A stretch of 42,398 nt of DNA from a virus: the IMG/VR virus record IMGVR_UViG_3300045988_081729. The stretch is one strand, 5' to 3'. Shown here one piece after another: positions 8,177 through 16,342 of this stretch. The notes beneath the pieces are model-generated. The model saw nothing but the letters and a program-made list of their open reading frames with translations. It had not been told where the DNA came from and did not search any database. Each line of letters opens with the position of its first letter. The first letter of the stretch is position 1. The translations under genes were made by a program, and so were the position numbers.

Positions 8177-9741
8177 AGAAACACCTCCCTGTATTTCATT
8201 GTGTATGTTGGCTGTGTTGCCCAGTCCGATGCAATGCATTGGATCTGATTCATTCCAGGCTGCAGGCAAAAGTTCTCCCAATCGTTGCCCAACGCACCAA
8301 GATCCTGTCTCGGAAGTCCCTGTAACATGACCTCTCCATTGCTACAGTCAGCTGTCAAAACCTGATTTACCGAAAATTTATTCGGAATATCACGCCATTT
8401 TTCTACATTGTCAATTCTCACGAAGATGCCGCGGAAATAATTTCTGGTGACAAGCTGATTTCCTGTATTTCGACTTCCCCACTGTCCCAAATACAATTTC
8501 ACTGTTGCCACTTTCACATCTTTTAATTCTGGAACTGTAAATTCCGGATAACTGCCCTTCCAGAAAAAACGTATTTTCTCTCCATGTTTCATCATGTCGC
8601 TTGCGCCATACGTTTGGCTGTATGGGTTTGCATCTTTTCGATGGCAAGGTTCAAAAGTATATGTTTTGACGATACGCGGGTTGTTTCCACCTACCCACAT
8701 ATTCATGTGCGCTGTGTTTCCGATCGTATCGGTTTTGTATATCTCCTGGCAGCAGATCATTTTTCCGTTCGCATCGCAGAAAGCAATCGCCTGGCAGCCC
8801 GTCTGCCCCATAAGACCAGTTTCAAACCAGCTGTTCATGTAACAATAGAGGTGCGTCGCTCCCTTTGCTCCATTGGAATCTACCACATCAATAGATTTCA
8901 TAGCTCCATTCCAGCCGTTTGTGTTTGGACTTACATATCCACTGCTGGCCAGATACAGACCTTTGATGCTGTCTACGCTCATGACACCCAGCTTTCCAGC
9001 CGTCTTGCTGTTACTGTATAAGAAGTTGCTCCCTGTATCATCTTTCCACGCCGCATCCTGTGACCAGACATATTGGTCAGCATAGCTTGTTATCAGTTCG
9101 CTTTTTTTGTATGTTTCTCCGTTCAACTCATCCGGATCACCGAACTGAAGAATTTTCTTGGAGTCATTTACAAAACCTACTACTCCATTTTCACTGTGCA
9201 TTACTGCCTGAAGCTTTGGAAAGGCCCGATAAGTGCCGTTGTACGACACAATGAACGTTTTTCCGTCATCCGCAGTCGGATTCACCGTAAATTCTTCCAC
9301 CGAATACTTGAATGGATCCGCGCAGTAAAATTCCAGCTCCGATGTAATCGAGTTCTTTCCTGCAGGCACCTCACCGGCTCCCTGCTTTGTTCCAATATAA
9401 TATTTGTCCGGCTCATCCGCAAAAATAAGAGTCGCCTGTTCTTCATCCAGAAGAGCATTCAGCTTGTTATACGCACTACGAAAAGCCGAATTATCTTCAG
9501 CAATCAGTTGATATCCAACCACAATGGTTCTGGGTTGATAGCGTTTGCGCCGGTATTTCGTACCATCGGATACGCCAGTTTCCAGATCTGTAATCTCCGT
9601 CCCTAAAATTTCCCGGCCAGACACATATAGTGTCCGGTAGCCGGGAATCACATTTTCCAAATAGTTTCCATTAAACATGAGAGCCTCCGAAGGCAGGTTC
9701 TGCCCTGGGTATCGCTCTGTTGTATCTACAAAGTTATACAT
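8173..9741 (-). CDS. Distal tail protein (Dit, Sipho_tail family), enlarged/evolved form (522 aa)
   Basis: N-terminus ...FNGNYLENVIPGYRTLYVSGRE...RTIVVGYQL...LIFADEPDKYYIG is typical of Sipho_tail. Located between TMP and Tal. About twice the usual Dit length. Confidence 0.8.
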   Translation of the reverse strand: MYNFVDTTERYPGQNLPSEALMFNGNYLENVIPGYRTLYVSGREILGTEITDLETGVSDGTKYRRKRYQPRTIVVGYQLIAEDNSAFRSAYNKLNALLDEEQATLIFADEPDKYYIGTKQGAGEVPAGKNSITSELEFYCADPFKYSVEEFTVNPTADDGKTFIVSYNGTYRAFPKLQAVMHSENGVVGFVNDSKKILQFGDPDELNGETYKKSELITSYADQYVWSQDAAWKDDTGSNFLYSNSKTAGKLGVMSVDSIKGLYLASSGYVSPNTNGWNGAMKSIDVVDSNGAKGATHLYCYMNSWFETGLMGQTGCQAIAFCDANGKMICCQEIYKTDTIGNTAHMNMWVGGNNPRIVKTYTFEPCHRKDANPYSQTYGASDMMKHGEKIRFFWKGSYPEFTVPELKDVKVATVKLYLGQWGSRNTGNQLVTRNYFRGIFVRIDNVEKWRDIPNKFSVNQVLTADCSNGEVMLQGLPRQDLGALGNDWENFCLQPGMNQIQCIASDWATQPTYTMKYREVFL

Positions 9742-12700
9742 TCATTCTCCTGCCTTTCTTTCGGTTCTCCCTAGTCTCCTGTTTCTCAATTTCTTCACGT
9801 GTATACGTTGCAGTCGCCTTTCCGATTTCTCTTCCGTCCAGATTAACCGGTACATAGATGGTATATTTTCCATTACTGCTATACTGATAGCTGTCATTCA
9901 GATCTTCAGATCCAGTCCGAAGGCTCATTCCGATTTCCGGTGCAGGTGTAAGCTCCGGAATCTGTATCAGCTCCATGGCTGCCTGCTTTGCTTCCTGAAC
10001 ATGATCCATAATGCCGTTGATCCAACCAATACCGAAATAGTTGCCCAGCTTGTCCGTCACTCGCGCGGGACTGTGAATCTGCGCTTTTGCCCGGATCGCC
10101 GCTTCTGCAGCCGCCGCAAGCTGTGCCGCCACTGCTCTTACATGGCCGACCTGGCTTGCCATACCGTTAGCGAGACCCATGCCGATGTAAGCACCGCTGT
10201 TATAGGCCCCACCTGCCGATGATCGCATGGTAATTACGATTGAATTTGACATTGTTTCTGCTGTAGAAACCGCCCTTGACATTCCAGCTGAAACGCCATT
10301 ATTAAAATTATTTCCAACCGCATTTCCAGAAGTCTTCGCTTTACTTTCTCCTTGGGAAAACTGCTTAATCAATGCACTGATCGCAGATTTCGCCTTGTTT
10401 CCCAATGCATCCAGCCCAGAATTCACAACATTCACGCTGGAGCGCATACCTGTAAGCGATTTTTCAGCGCTTTTCGCATTTCCAGCGATTGACTTCATAC
10501 TGGAATTTACTGATTTCAGAGCAACTACCATAAGACCGGTTCCTGCGGCTCCGGCCACCATTGCCGCTGCAAATACGCCAACTGTTACAGCTGCCGCGCC
10601 AGAAGATCCTGCCAAAATCACAAAAACTGCACTGGCCGCAGTACCAGATCCAAGTAATGCCGTCAATCCAGCCGCACTGGCCTTTGCGCCAGCCGCTACA
10701 AGTGGAAATGCTGCTCCCATAATCGTCAAACCTGCACCTGCCATCACAAGCGAAGCTCCAAGCACCGCTGCTCCGGCAGCCAATGCAATTACTCCTGCGG
10801 CTGCAGCCAGTGCAGTTACGCCGACCAACGCAAGACCAACTCCGAGCACGGTTGCGCCAACTCCTCCAACAGCAGCTCCGGTGCCAAAAACAATCATGCT
10901 TGTGCCAAGCTGAGCAATAGCTACCGCTCCCTGGATTCCATATTGTACAATTGAAGGAAGAACAGCGGACACAACCGCCAATGCCGCGCTGGCAATCAAC
11001 GCACCTGTTGCTACCAAAACAATAGCGGCTCCAAATGCAATAAAGCCAACTGCTCCCGCTGTTAGTGCTGGTCCAAGAGCAGCCGCTCCAACTGCCAACA
11101 AAGCGATTGCCGCAACCATGCCAACCATACATCCAATAGCCAGCGGACCGGCATTTGCAAGATTAATAGCCGCCAAGGATAACAAACTGATTCCGGCTGC
11201 TGCAATTAATACCGCAGCGCCAAACGCAACAAATCCAACCGCTCCGGCCGAAAGCGTTGGCGCTACACTCTTGGCCACCAGCATCAAGCCGCCAAGTGCA
11301 ACCACCATTCCTACCATTACGCCGATAGCCAGCGGACCGGCACTCGCCAACTGAATCGAAGAATATGCCAAAAGTGCCAAACCTGCGCTAATCATTAGCA
11401 CAGCCGCTCCCAACGCCAGAAGCGCCGGTGCCATCGCTGTTAATTTCTTTGAGCCGCCGGACATAGATGAAAACATTTTCGTCATACCAACTGCGAGCCC
11501 TACTACCACGCCAATCAAACCGGCAAAAACAGCTATTGCCCCCGGACCAGCATTGGCTACTGCAATTGCCGACTGTGCAAGCAAGTAGAATCCTGCGCTG
11601 ATCGCCAGCACTCCAACGCCCATCATCATAAAAGCCTTGGCAGACGCTACCATTTTCTTCGCACTACCGCCGCTGGATTTTCCAACTGCCTCCTGGCCTT
11701 TTGAAACACCAAATAGCCCAGGTGCGATTTTCCCGAGTCCAGCCTTTGCCAGCCCTCCAACAGCTCCTGTAAATGCGCCAACAAACGGTGCTACAGCCTT
11801 AACGATTTTAAAGCCTTTATATGCAATCAAGAGTTTCGGAAGTGCCACCGCTACTTTTGCAATCGCGTCTGAATGTTTTTCCAAAAATCCCGAAACTGCT
11901 ACAATTCCATCTTTGACCTCTCCCAAAGTGGTAGAGAAATTTTCAATACTTTCTGTGCTACCAAAAGAACCTGAAAGCTTCTTAATATCTCCTATGATCG
12001 CCCCAGCCGCATCGCCCAGCGCCGTTCCCGCTTCCAATGCGTCCGTTTTGAAAATATCCCAATATGGTTTTGCTTTCTCAACCATTGATTCTATTTTATC
12101 GACAGCCTTTTCGATCCCTTTTCCGCTGGCAAGCTTTTCATCAATTTTTCCAACCGTCTCAGTTGCGATGCCAACCAAACCTCTCATTTTTCCGCCAACC
12201 TGGTTGAATGCAGTAATTCCAAGTCCTTCCATAGCAGACTGCAGTTTCACGACATCGTGCCGAAAATTATCCATTTTGATCTCTGCCATTTCTTTGGCTG
12301 CACCGTCACTGTTATAAATGGCATTGGTTAACTTGTCAAAATCCTCTGGTGCCGCACTCACGATTGAAAGCAGACCTGACATACCCTCTTTTCCAGCTAA
12401 CGTAGCAGCGTATTTGGCCTTTAACGCTCCCTCTGCTCCATAAGCCTTTTCCGTTAAATCTGCTAATGCTTCATTATACTTCTTTTCTGTCAGCTCTCCA
12501 TTGGCATACTTTTCGTCAAGTTTTGCAAGGTTCTCTTGGAACTGATCCATTGGCATTTTGCATTGTCCAAATGCACCGCGCAGATCGGTTACAATGTCCA
12601 TCAGAGACTTCATCGAGCCATCACCATTCTGCAACGATATGCCCAAATAATCCATTGCGTCACTGATATCATCTGTTGGCTTTGCAAGATTCGTCAGAAT

Positions 12701-13447
12701 AGTTCGAAGGCTACTTCCGGCCATGCTGCTTTTCAATCCTGATGAAGCCATGAGACCGAGAGCGATGGCTGTATCTTCTACACTATAGCCTAACGATCCA
12801 GCTACCGGAGCCGCATATTTAAATGATTCACCCAACATGGCAACATTTGTATTGGAATTGGCCGAAGCCGCTGCAAGAACGTCAGCAAAATGTGAAGCGT
12901 TAGAAACTTCTTTCGTAAAACCATCTTTAATAATTTTGGTTGTGCCATCTGCTGATAAGCCGAACGCTGTCATCGCATCTGTTACAATGTCAGAAACGCC
13001 TGCCAAATCTTCTCCCGACGCTGCGGCTAGATCCATTACACCTTCGATTCCATTTAACATATCCTCAGTTTTCCAGCCGGCCATTGCCATATACTCCATC
13101 GCAGAAGCTGTCTCGCTTGCGGTGTACTGCGTGAATTTTCCAAGCTGTTTTGCCTTTTCAGACAGTCTATCAAAGTCGGATCCTGTAGCTCCGGAAATAG
13201 CTGCTACAGACGACATAGCATTCTCAAAATTCGCGCCAGCGTTTATTGCACCAGCAGTCAAGCTTTTCAGTCCGCTTCTGATTGCCGAGACTGCCTTGGA
13301 TCCAATCGCCGCCATAGCACCAAATCCAATTCCACTTGTAAGCGTATTTTTCAGATTATCAGCATAACTGCTACATGATTTCATCATTGACGAGAAGTTT
13401 TTATCTTCCGCGCACAAAACCGCTTTTACGCTATAAGATTCTGCCAT
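9734..13447 (-). CDS. Tail tape measure protein (1237 aa)
   Basis: N-terminal TP901-type TMP core (...NFENAMSSVAAISGATGSDFDRLSEKAKQLG...MEYMAMAGWK...). Position after the G/GT chaperones. Very long Ala/Gly/Val hydrophobic repeat region. Confidence 0.9.
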   Translation of the reverse strand: MAESYSVKAVLCAEDKNFSSMMKSCSSYADNLKNTLTSGIGFGAMAAIGSKAVSAIRSGLKSLTAGAINAGANFENAMSSVAAISGATGSDFDRLSEKAKQLGKFTQYTASETASAMEYMAMAGWKTEDMLNGIEGVMDLAAASGEDLAGVSDIVTDAMTAFGLSADGTTKIIKDGFTKEVSNASHFADVLAAASANSNTNVAMLGESFKYAAPVAGSLGYSVEDTAIALGLMASSGLKSSMAGSSLRTILTNLAKPTDDISDAMDYLGISLQNGDGSMKSLMDIVTDLRGAFGQCKMPMDQFQENLAKLDEKYANGELTEKKYNEALADLTEKAYGAEGALKAKYAATLAGKEGMSGLLSIVSAAPEDFDKLTNAIYNSDGAAKEMAEIKMDNFRHDVVKLQSAMEGLGITAFNQVGGKMRGLVGIATETVGKIDEKLASGKGIEKAVDKIESMVEKAKPYWDIFKTDALEAGTALGDAAGAIIGDIKKLSGSFGSTESIENFSTTLGEVKDGIVAVSGFLEKHSDAIAKVAVALPKLLIAYKGFKIVKAVAPFVGAFTGAVGGLAKAGLGKIAPGLFGVSKGQEAVGKSSGGSAKKMVASAKAFMMMGVGVLAISAGFYLLAQSAIAVANAGPGAIAVFAGLIGVVVGLAVGMTKMFSSMSGGSKKLTAMAPALLALGAAVLMISAGLALLAYSSIQLASAGPLAIGVMVGMVVALGGLMLVAKSVAPTLSAGAVGFVAFGAAVLIAAAGISLLSLAAINLANAGPLAIGCMVGMVAAIALLAVGAAALGPALTAGAVGFIAFGAAIVLVATGALIASAALAVVSAVLPSIVQYGIQGAVAIAQLGTSMIVFGTGAAVGGVGATVLGVGLALVGVTALAAAAGVIALAAGAAVLGASLVMAGAGLTIMGAAFPLVAAGAKASAAGLTALLGSGTAASAVFVILAGSSGAAAVTVGVFAAAMVAGAAGTGLMVVALKSVNSSMKSIAGNAKSAEKSLTGMRSSVNVVNSGLDALGNKAKSAISALIKQFSQGESKAKTSGNAVGNNFNNGVSAGMSRAVSTAETMSNSIVITMRSSAGGAYNSGAYIGMGLANGMASQVGHVRAVAAQLAAAAEAAIRAKAQIHSPARVTDKLGNYFGIGWINGIMDHVQEAKQAAMELIQIPELTPAPEIGMSLRTGSEDLNDSYQYSSNGKYTIYVPVNLDGREIGKATATYTREEIEKQETRENRKKGRRMNV

Positions 13448-13871
13448 CTGTTCGCCCTCCTTTCTTTAACAACTTGGATATTCCAACGAAACGCGGATCG
13501 CTCTTCTTACGTTTCTTTTCCTTCACATTTTTTAATTCTTTTTCATAGTCGAAGAAATTTCGGAATCTTTTGTATACTGGCACTGTTTTCTTCCCAGATT
13601 TTTTCTGCGCCTGGGCAGCAAAATTCAGAAAGGCTTGCCGATGTGCCCTGTATTCGTCGTCTACTATCCGATATCTCAGCGCTTCCATCATAATTTCGTA
13701 CTGTGCTATCGTCAGACGATCAACCTGCTCAAACGATGTGAATCCCAAATACCGGAAGCAGCTGATTGCAGCTTCCCGGTATTGTTCTTCGAAGCTCGCC
13801 TCTTCATGAGTTATATCGCCTACTTCTTCGCTTTTTCTTCCTCGATCGTCTTCTCGAGATTCTGGACGCAT
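13431..13871 (-). CDS. Tail assembly chaperone, T segment (expressed as a G-T fusion by -1 frameshift, 13431-14191)
   Basis: ORF in the -1 frame relative to G, overlapping the G 3' end. No convincing independent RBS. Canonical position upstream of TMP. Confidence 0.7.
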   Translation of the reverse strand: MRPESREDDRGRKSEEVGDITHEEASFEEQYREAAISCFRYLGFTSFEQVDRLTIAQYEIMMEALRYRIVDDEYRAHRQAFLNFAAQAQKKSGKKTVPVYKRFRNFFDYEKELKNVKEKKRKKSDPRFVGISKLLKKGGRTDGRIL

Positions 13872-14191
13872 TTCTTCGTAGCATTTGCACTCTTTAAGAA
13901 ACCCATCGTATCTTCGAAGAGCTGATTGATATCGGTATCCGGATCATCAATATATTCATCCAGAATTTCTGTAGTTGCTCTCGGATTCTGCCCTTTATTC
14001 GCTACGAGTAACAGATCCTCAAGAGACTCTACATCTCCGTCCATGATCCCTGCCACAGCGTATCTCAGGCCAATATTCTTCTTAGCATCTTTTACTCCGT
14101 CTACCGGCATAGTTACTTTTTTATTCATTTCTCTCATGAATCCCATGCCAAAATTAAACTGATACACCTGTCCATTGATTGTAAGTTCCAT
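13820..14191 (-). CDS. Tail assembly chaperone G
   Basis: 123 aa, acidic, between major tail protein and TMP. AAGGAGA RBS. Followed by the overlapping -1 ORF. Confidence 0.75.
   Translation of the reverse strand: MELTINGQVYQFNFGMGFMREMNKKVTMPVDGVKDAKKNIGLRYAVAGIMDGDVESLEDLLLVANKGQNPRATTEILDEYIDDPDTDINQLFEDTMGFLKSANATKKCVQNLEKTIEEEKAKK
13829..13840 (-). other. Candidate -1 programmed ribosomal frameshift site of the G/GT chaperone pair
   Basis: Minus strand GAA GAA AAA GCG in the G frame. The A5 run (13833-13837) allows a -1 slip of tRNA-Lys. The -1 frame continues ...K SEEVGDITHEE... into the T ORF, 3 codons before the G stop. Confidence 0.6.
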
Positions 14192-14214
14192 ATCTTTTTT
14201 CTCCTTTACTGTTC

Positions 14215-14240
14215 AAAAAAGAGGACGATTGCTCGCCCTC
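14215..14240 (-). terminator. Rho-independent terminator/attenuator after the major tail gene
   Basis: Minus strand GAGGGCGA-GCAA-TCGTCCTC (8-bp stem, GNRA loop) followed by TTTTTT. Confidence 0.7.
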
Positions 14241-14247
14241 TGCATTT

Positions 14248-14778
14248 TTACGCTCCTGTTTTAGTTGTATCTGTAAATACGTATGCCGCTACTTCCTGCT
14301 GTGCGGCTGTCACTGTCACATCGCCTTTCTCGCCGGTTCCGTTTACGCCAAAGGTAAGGGATACTTCTACCATATCCTCGGCATTCGAAGTCTTTTCCAG
14401 CTCCGTTACGTAACCCTGGAAATATTTTCCCTTGAATTTATTGCTTCCGCTGGATGCTGGTTCATCCAGATTTGCTTCCCAGATCTCGACCAGTTCATCA
14501 TTGATCATGGCATCTTCAAGAGAGTCGATCAGTGTGTCGCCCTTGGCAAGAATACTGGTTGCCGTAATCTCAACCTCGGCTGCTCCCGGGGTTCGAATCG
14601 TGCCGTCCTTGGTCTCTGTGGTATCTGCATCCTTGCTTGTCGTTCTTCCGTTTTCTGTCGTAAAGGCTAATGCTGTAGCTGCATTTTTAGCCGCGTCTTT
14701 TTTAAGGCGGTACAGATAAACGATCTTTTTACCACGTACCGCATCTGCGAATAACTGTAAATCAATTGTTTTTCTCAT
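14248..14778 (-). CDS. Major tail (tube) protein, phi13/TP901-1-like
   Basis: 176 aa in the position before the chaperones. ...KIVYLYRL...LAFTTENGRTTSKDADTTETKDG...EVEITA... pattern typical of siphovirus tube proteins. Carries an N-terminal IDLQLFA motif. Confidence 0.8.
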   Translation of the reverse strand: MRKTIDLQLFADAVRGKKIVYLYRLKKDAAKNAATALAFTTENGRTTSKDADTTETKDGTIRTPGAAEVEITATSILAKGDTLIDSLEDAMINDELVEIWEANLDEPASSGSNKFKGKYFQGYVTELEKTSNAEDMVEVSLTFGVNGTGEKGDVTVTAAQQEVAAYVFTDTTKTGA

Positions 14779-14787
14779 GCTGTTCTC

Positions 14788-15174
14788 CTAACTGAATAAA
14801 AAAGTCACTTCCACGATGCCGTGAAGGAGTGGCTGGTTGGTAGTTGTGTCCGGCAATATTCTCTGATTCAAGTCCTGCACGGACCAGGAGAAGCTGCCGG
14901 TATGTTCCAGTTGTCTGCAAATCTGCTTGATCTGCAGAATCATCTGTGAAACTGTGCCTCGCTGCCGCGGATTGTCGTGCCAGACGTGGATTGTCTGGCT
15001 TACAATGCCGAACACGGCTGTTTTATTGGCTCTGTCATTCAAATCACTGTCTGCCAGATAGACAAACGGATATGGTGTGCCTTCCGACGGTAAAAACGTG
15101 TCATACACACTGCCTGGATACTGTTTTTTCAATTCCAGAAGCAATGCACTGAATAATTCCTGCTGTGGATCCAT
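14788..15174 (-). CDS. Tail terminator / tail completion protein (DUF3168-like)
   Basis: 128 aa directly upstream of the major tail gene. Call is based on position and size, with weak motif recognition. Confidence 0.55.
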   Translation of the reverse strand: MDPQQELFSALLLELKKQYPGSVYDTFLPSEGTPYPFVYLADSDLNDRANKTAVFGIVSQTIHVWHDNPRQRGTVSQMILQIKQICRQLEHTGSFSWSVQDLNQRILPDTTTNQPLLHGIVEVTFLFS

Positions 15175-15178
15175 CGTG

Positions 15179-15514
15179 TCACCTCGTAAGCTTTTTCAGA
15201 TCAGATTTGAATTTCTCTTTCTGTGCTGTATAGGAAGGGCGCATATACGGCTGTGCGTTCATATATCGGGTTCCATACTCCACGTATGCCGCATACTCTG
15301 CTGTAGGCTCCACTTCCGCTGTAAGACCGCTATCCCGGATCTCAAGTCCAATGCTTCGTTTCAAGTTACCAGTATCCACCGGTACCTTTCTCTGCGCCGA
15401 CTCCTGCAGGGCTGCCCCATTACTTTTCACAATCCGCTTAACATCGTTCATTTGCACATTTTTCTTCAATTTGACCTGCAGCTTCTCCATTCCTTCCAGC
15501 TTGATTTTCGGCAT
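15179..15514 (-). CDS. HK97 gp10-family neck protein
   Basis: ...VPVDTGNLKRSI...EYAAYVEYGT... is the hallmark of the HK97 gp10 family. The first codon in the track is TTG. ATG at 15514 overlaps the upstream stop (TGATG). Confidence 0.8.
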   Translation of the reverse strand: MPKIKLEGMEKLQVKLKKNVQMNDVKRIVKSNGAALQESAQRKVPVDTGNLKRSIGLEIRDSGLTAEVEPTAEYAAYVEYGTRYMNAQPYMRPSYTAQKEKFKSDLKKLTR

Positions 15515-15816
15515 CAAACCACCTCCGATAAAATAAAAGTCTGTTTCACACGTAATTTCCGCGTATAGTCCACTTTGTAGGTCGTGTTTCCAATCCGGAT
15601 CCTGTCAAACGGCTTCTGATAATGGTTCTGGAGCTGCACTGTCACGCTGCCCTGACGGATCCCGCCGTATACGATCCGCATGATTTCCGCCCGCGTATCC
15701 ATCACAGATGCCATTTTCCGCACCTCTGTTACCTGATCGTCGGCATAGTTTCCAGTCGTTGGATCATACTCACCCGGCAGGACTCGCCGGAAGAAAATTG
15801 GCGTATCGTATCTCAC
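15514..15816 (-). CDS. Head closure / head-tail adaptor protein (SPP1 gp16-like)
   Basis: 100 aa with GTG start in a GTGA overlap with the upstream stop. Call is by position and size. Confidence 0.55.
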   Translation of the reverse strand: MRYDTPIFFRRVLPGEYDPTTGNYADDQVTEVRKMASVMDTRAEIMRIVYGGIRQGSVTVQLQNHYQKPFDRIRIGNTTYKVDYTRKLRVKQTFILSEVV

Positions 15817-16139
15817 AGAAACTTCACCTTTCCCTTCCTTGCCTCCCGCTGGCTGTCCAGATAAGACTGAATATCATCCATGTACTCGGCAAAATCATTT
15901 TCAGACCAGGAAAGGCTCTCGCCCTCAACACTGTGAGAGGAGAGCCCTTCTGATCCGATTCGGTTGAATCGAATGACTGAAACATCCAATATGATGTATT
16001 CCATTTCTTCCGGCGGCTCCAGACCGCCAAGAAGAAATTTCAACCGCTGTTTCGTGGCATTCAGAATCAGCTGTAGCTGCTGTTCTGTCTTTTTATCTGT
16101 GTCTTCCAGTCCAAGAAGCAGTTTCAGATCTTCGAGCAT
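15813..16139 (-). CDS. Head-tail connector protein (gp6-like)
   Basis: 108 aa. N-terminus MLEDLKLLLGLEDTDKKTEQQLQLIL... is typical of gp6-like connector proteins. AGGAGG RBS. Confidence 0.65.
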   Translation of the reverse strand: MLEDLKLLLGLEDTDKKTEQQLQLILNATKQRLKFLLGGLEPPEEMEYIILDVSVIRFNRIGSEGLSSHSVEGESLSWSENDFAEYMDDIQSYLDSQREARKGKVKFL

Positions 16140-16149
16140 CGACTGCCTC

Positions 16150-16329
16150 CTACTTCTCTGGTTCTTTTACCAGTTCGATCACCGGGGTTCCACGCAGGTT
16201 TTTATCCGAAGCAAGCTCTTCCAGACGCTCTTTCGAGACCTTGATTCCCTCGCGCGGGAAAACATCACCCTCTCGGTACTCATGGTCATCGTCATGAAGA
16301 TCCGTAAAGTATTCAATCACCCTGTACAT
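16150..16329 (-). CDS. Small conserved head-module protein (59 aa), missing from the ORF track (below its length cutoff)
   Basis: AGGAGGAACCT-ATG. Translated by hand: MYRVIEYFTDLHDDDHEYREGDVFPREGIKVSKERLEELASDKNLRGTPVIELVKEPEK. It fills the gap between the capsid and connector genes exactly. Confidence 0.65.
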   Translation of the reverse strand: MYRVIEYFTDLHDDDHEYREGDVFPREGIKVSKERLEELASDKNLRGTPVIELVKEPEK

Positions 16330-16342
16330 AGGTTCCTCCTTC

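Noticed and set aside
10464-11132. 222-aa minus-strand ORF, rich in Cys/Trp/Arg/Gly, inside the tape measure gene
   Set aside because: It is an alternative frame of the repetitive GC-rich TMP segment. It has no RBS and its composition is implausible for a protein.
12311-12339. TTGACA-17-TATAAC promoter-like match on the minus strand inside the tape measure gene
   Set aside because: It is one mismatch from consensus but sits deep inside a 3.7-kb gene, with no downstream start codon/RBS or terminator context. It is most likely fortuitous and would need transcript-start mapping to revive.
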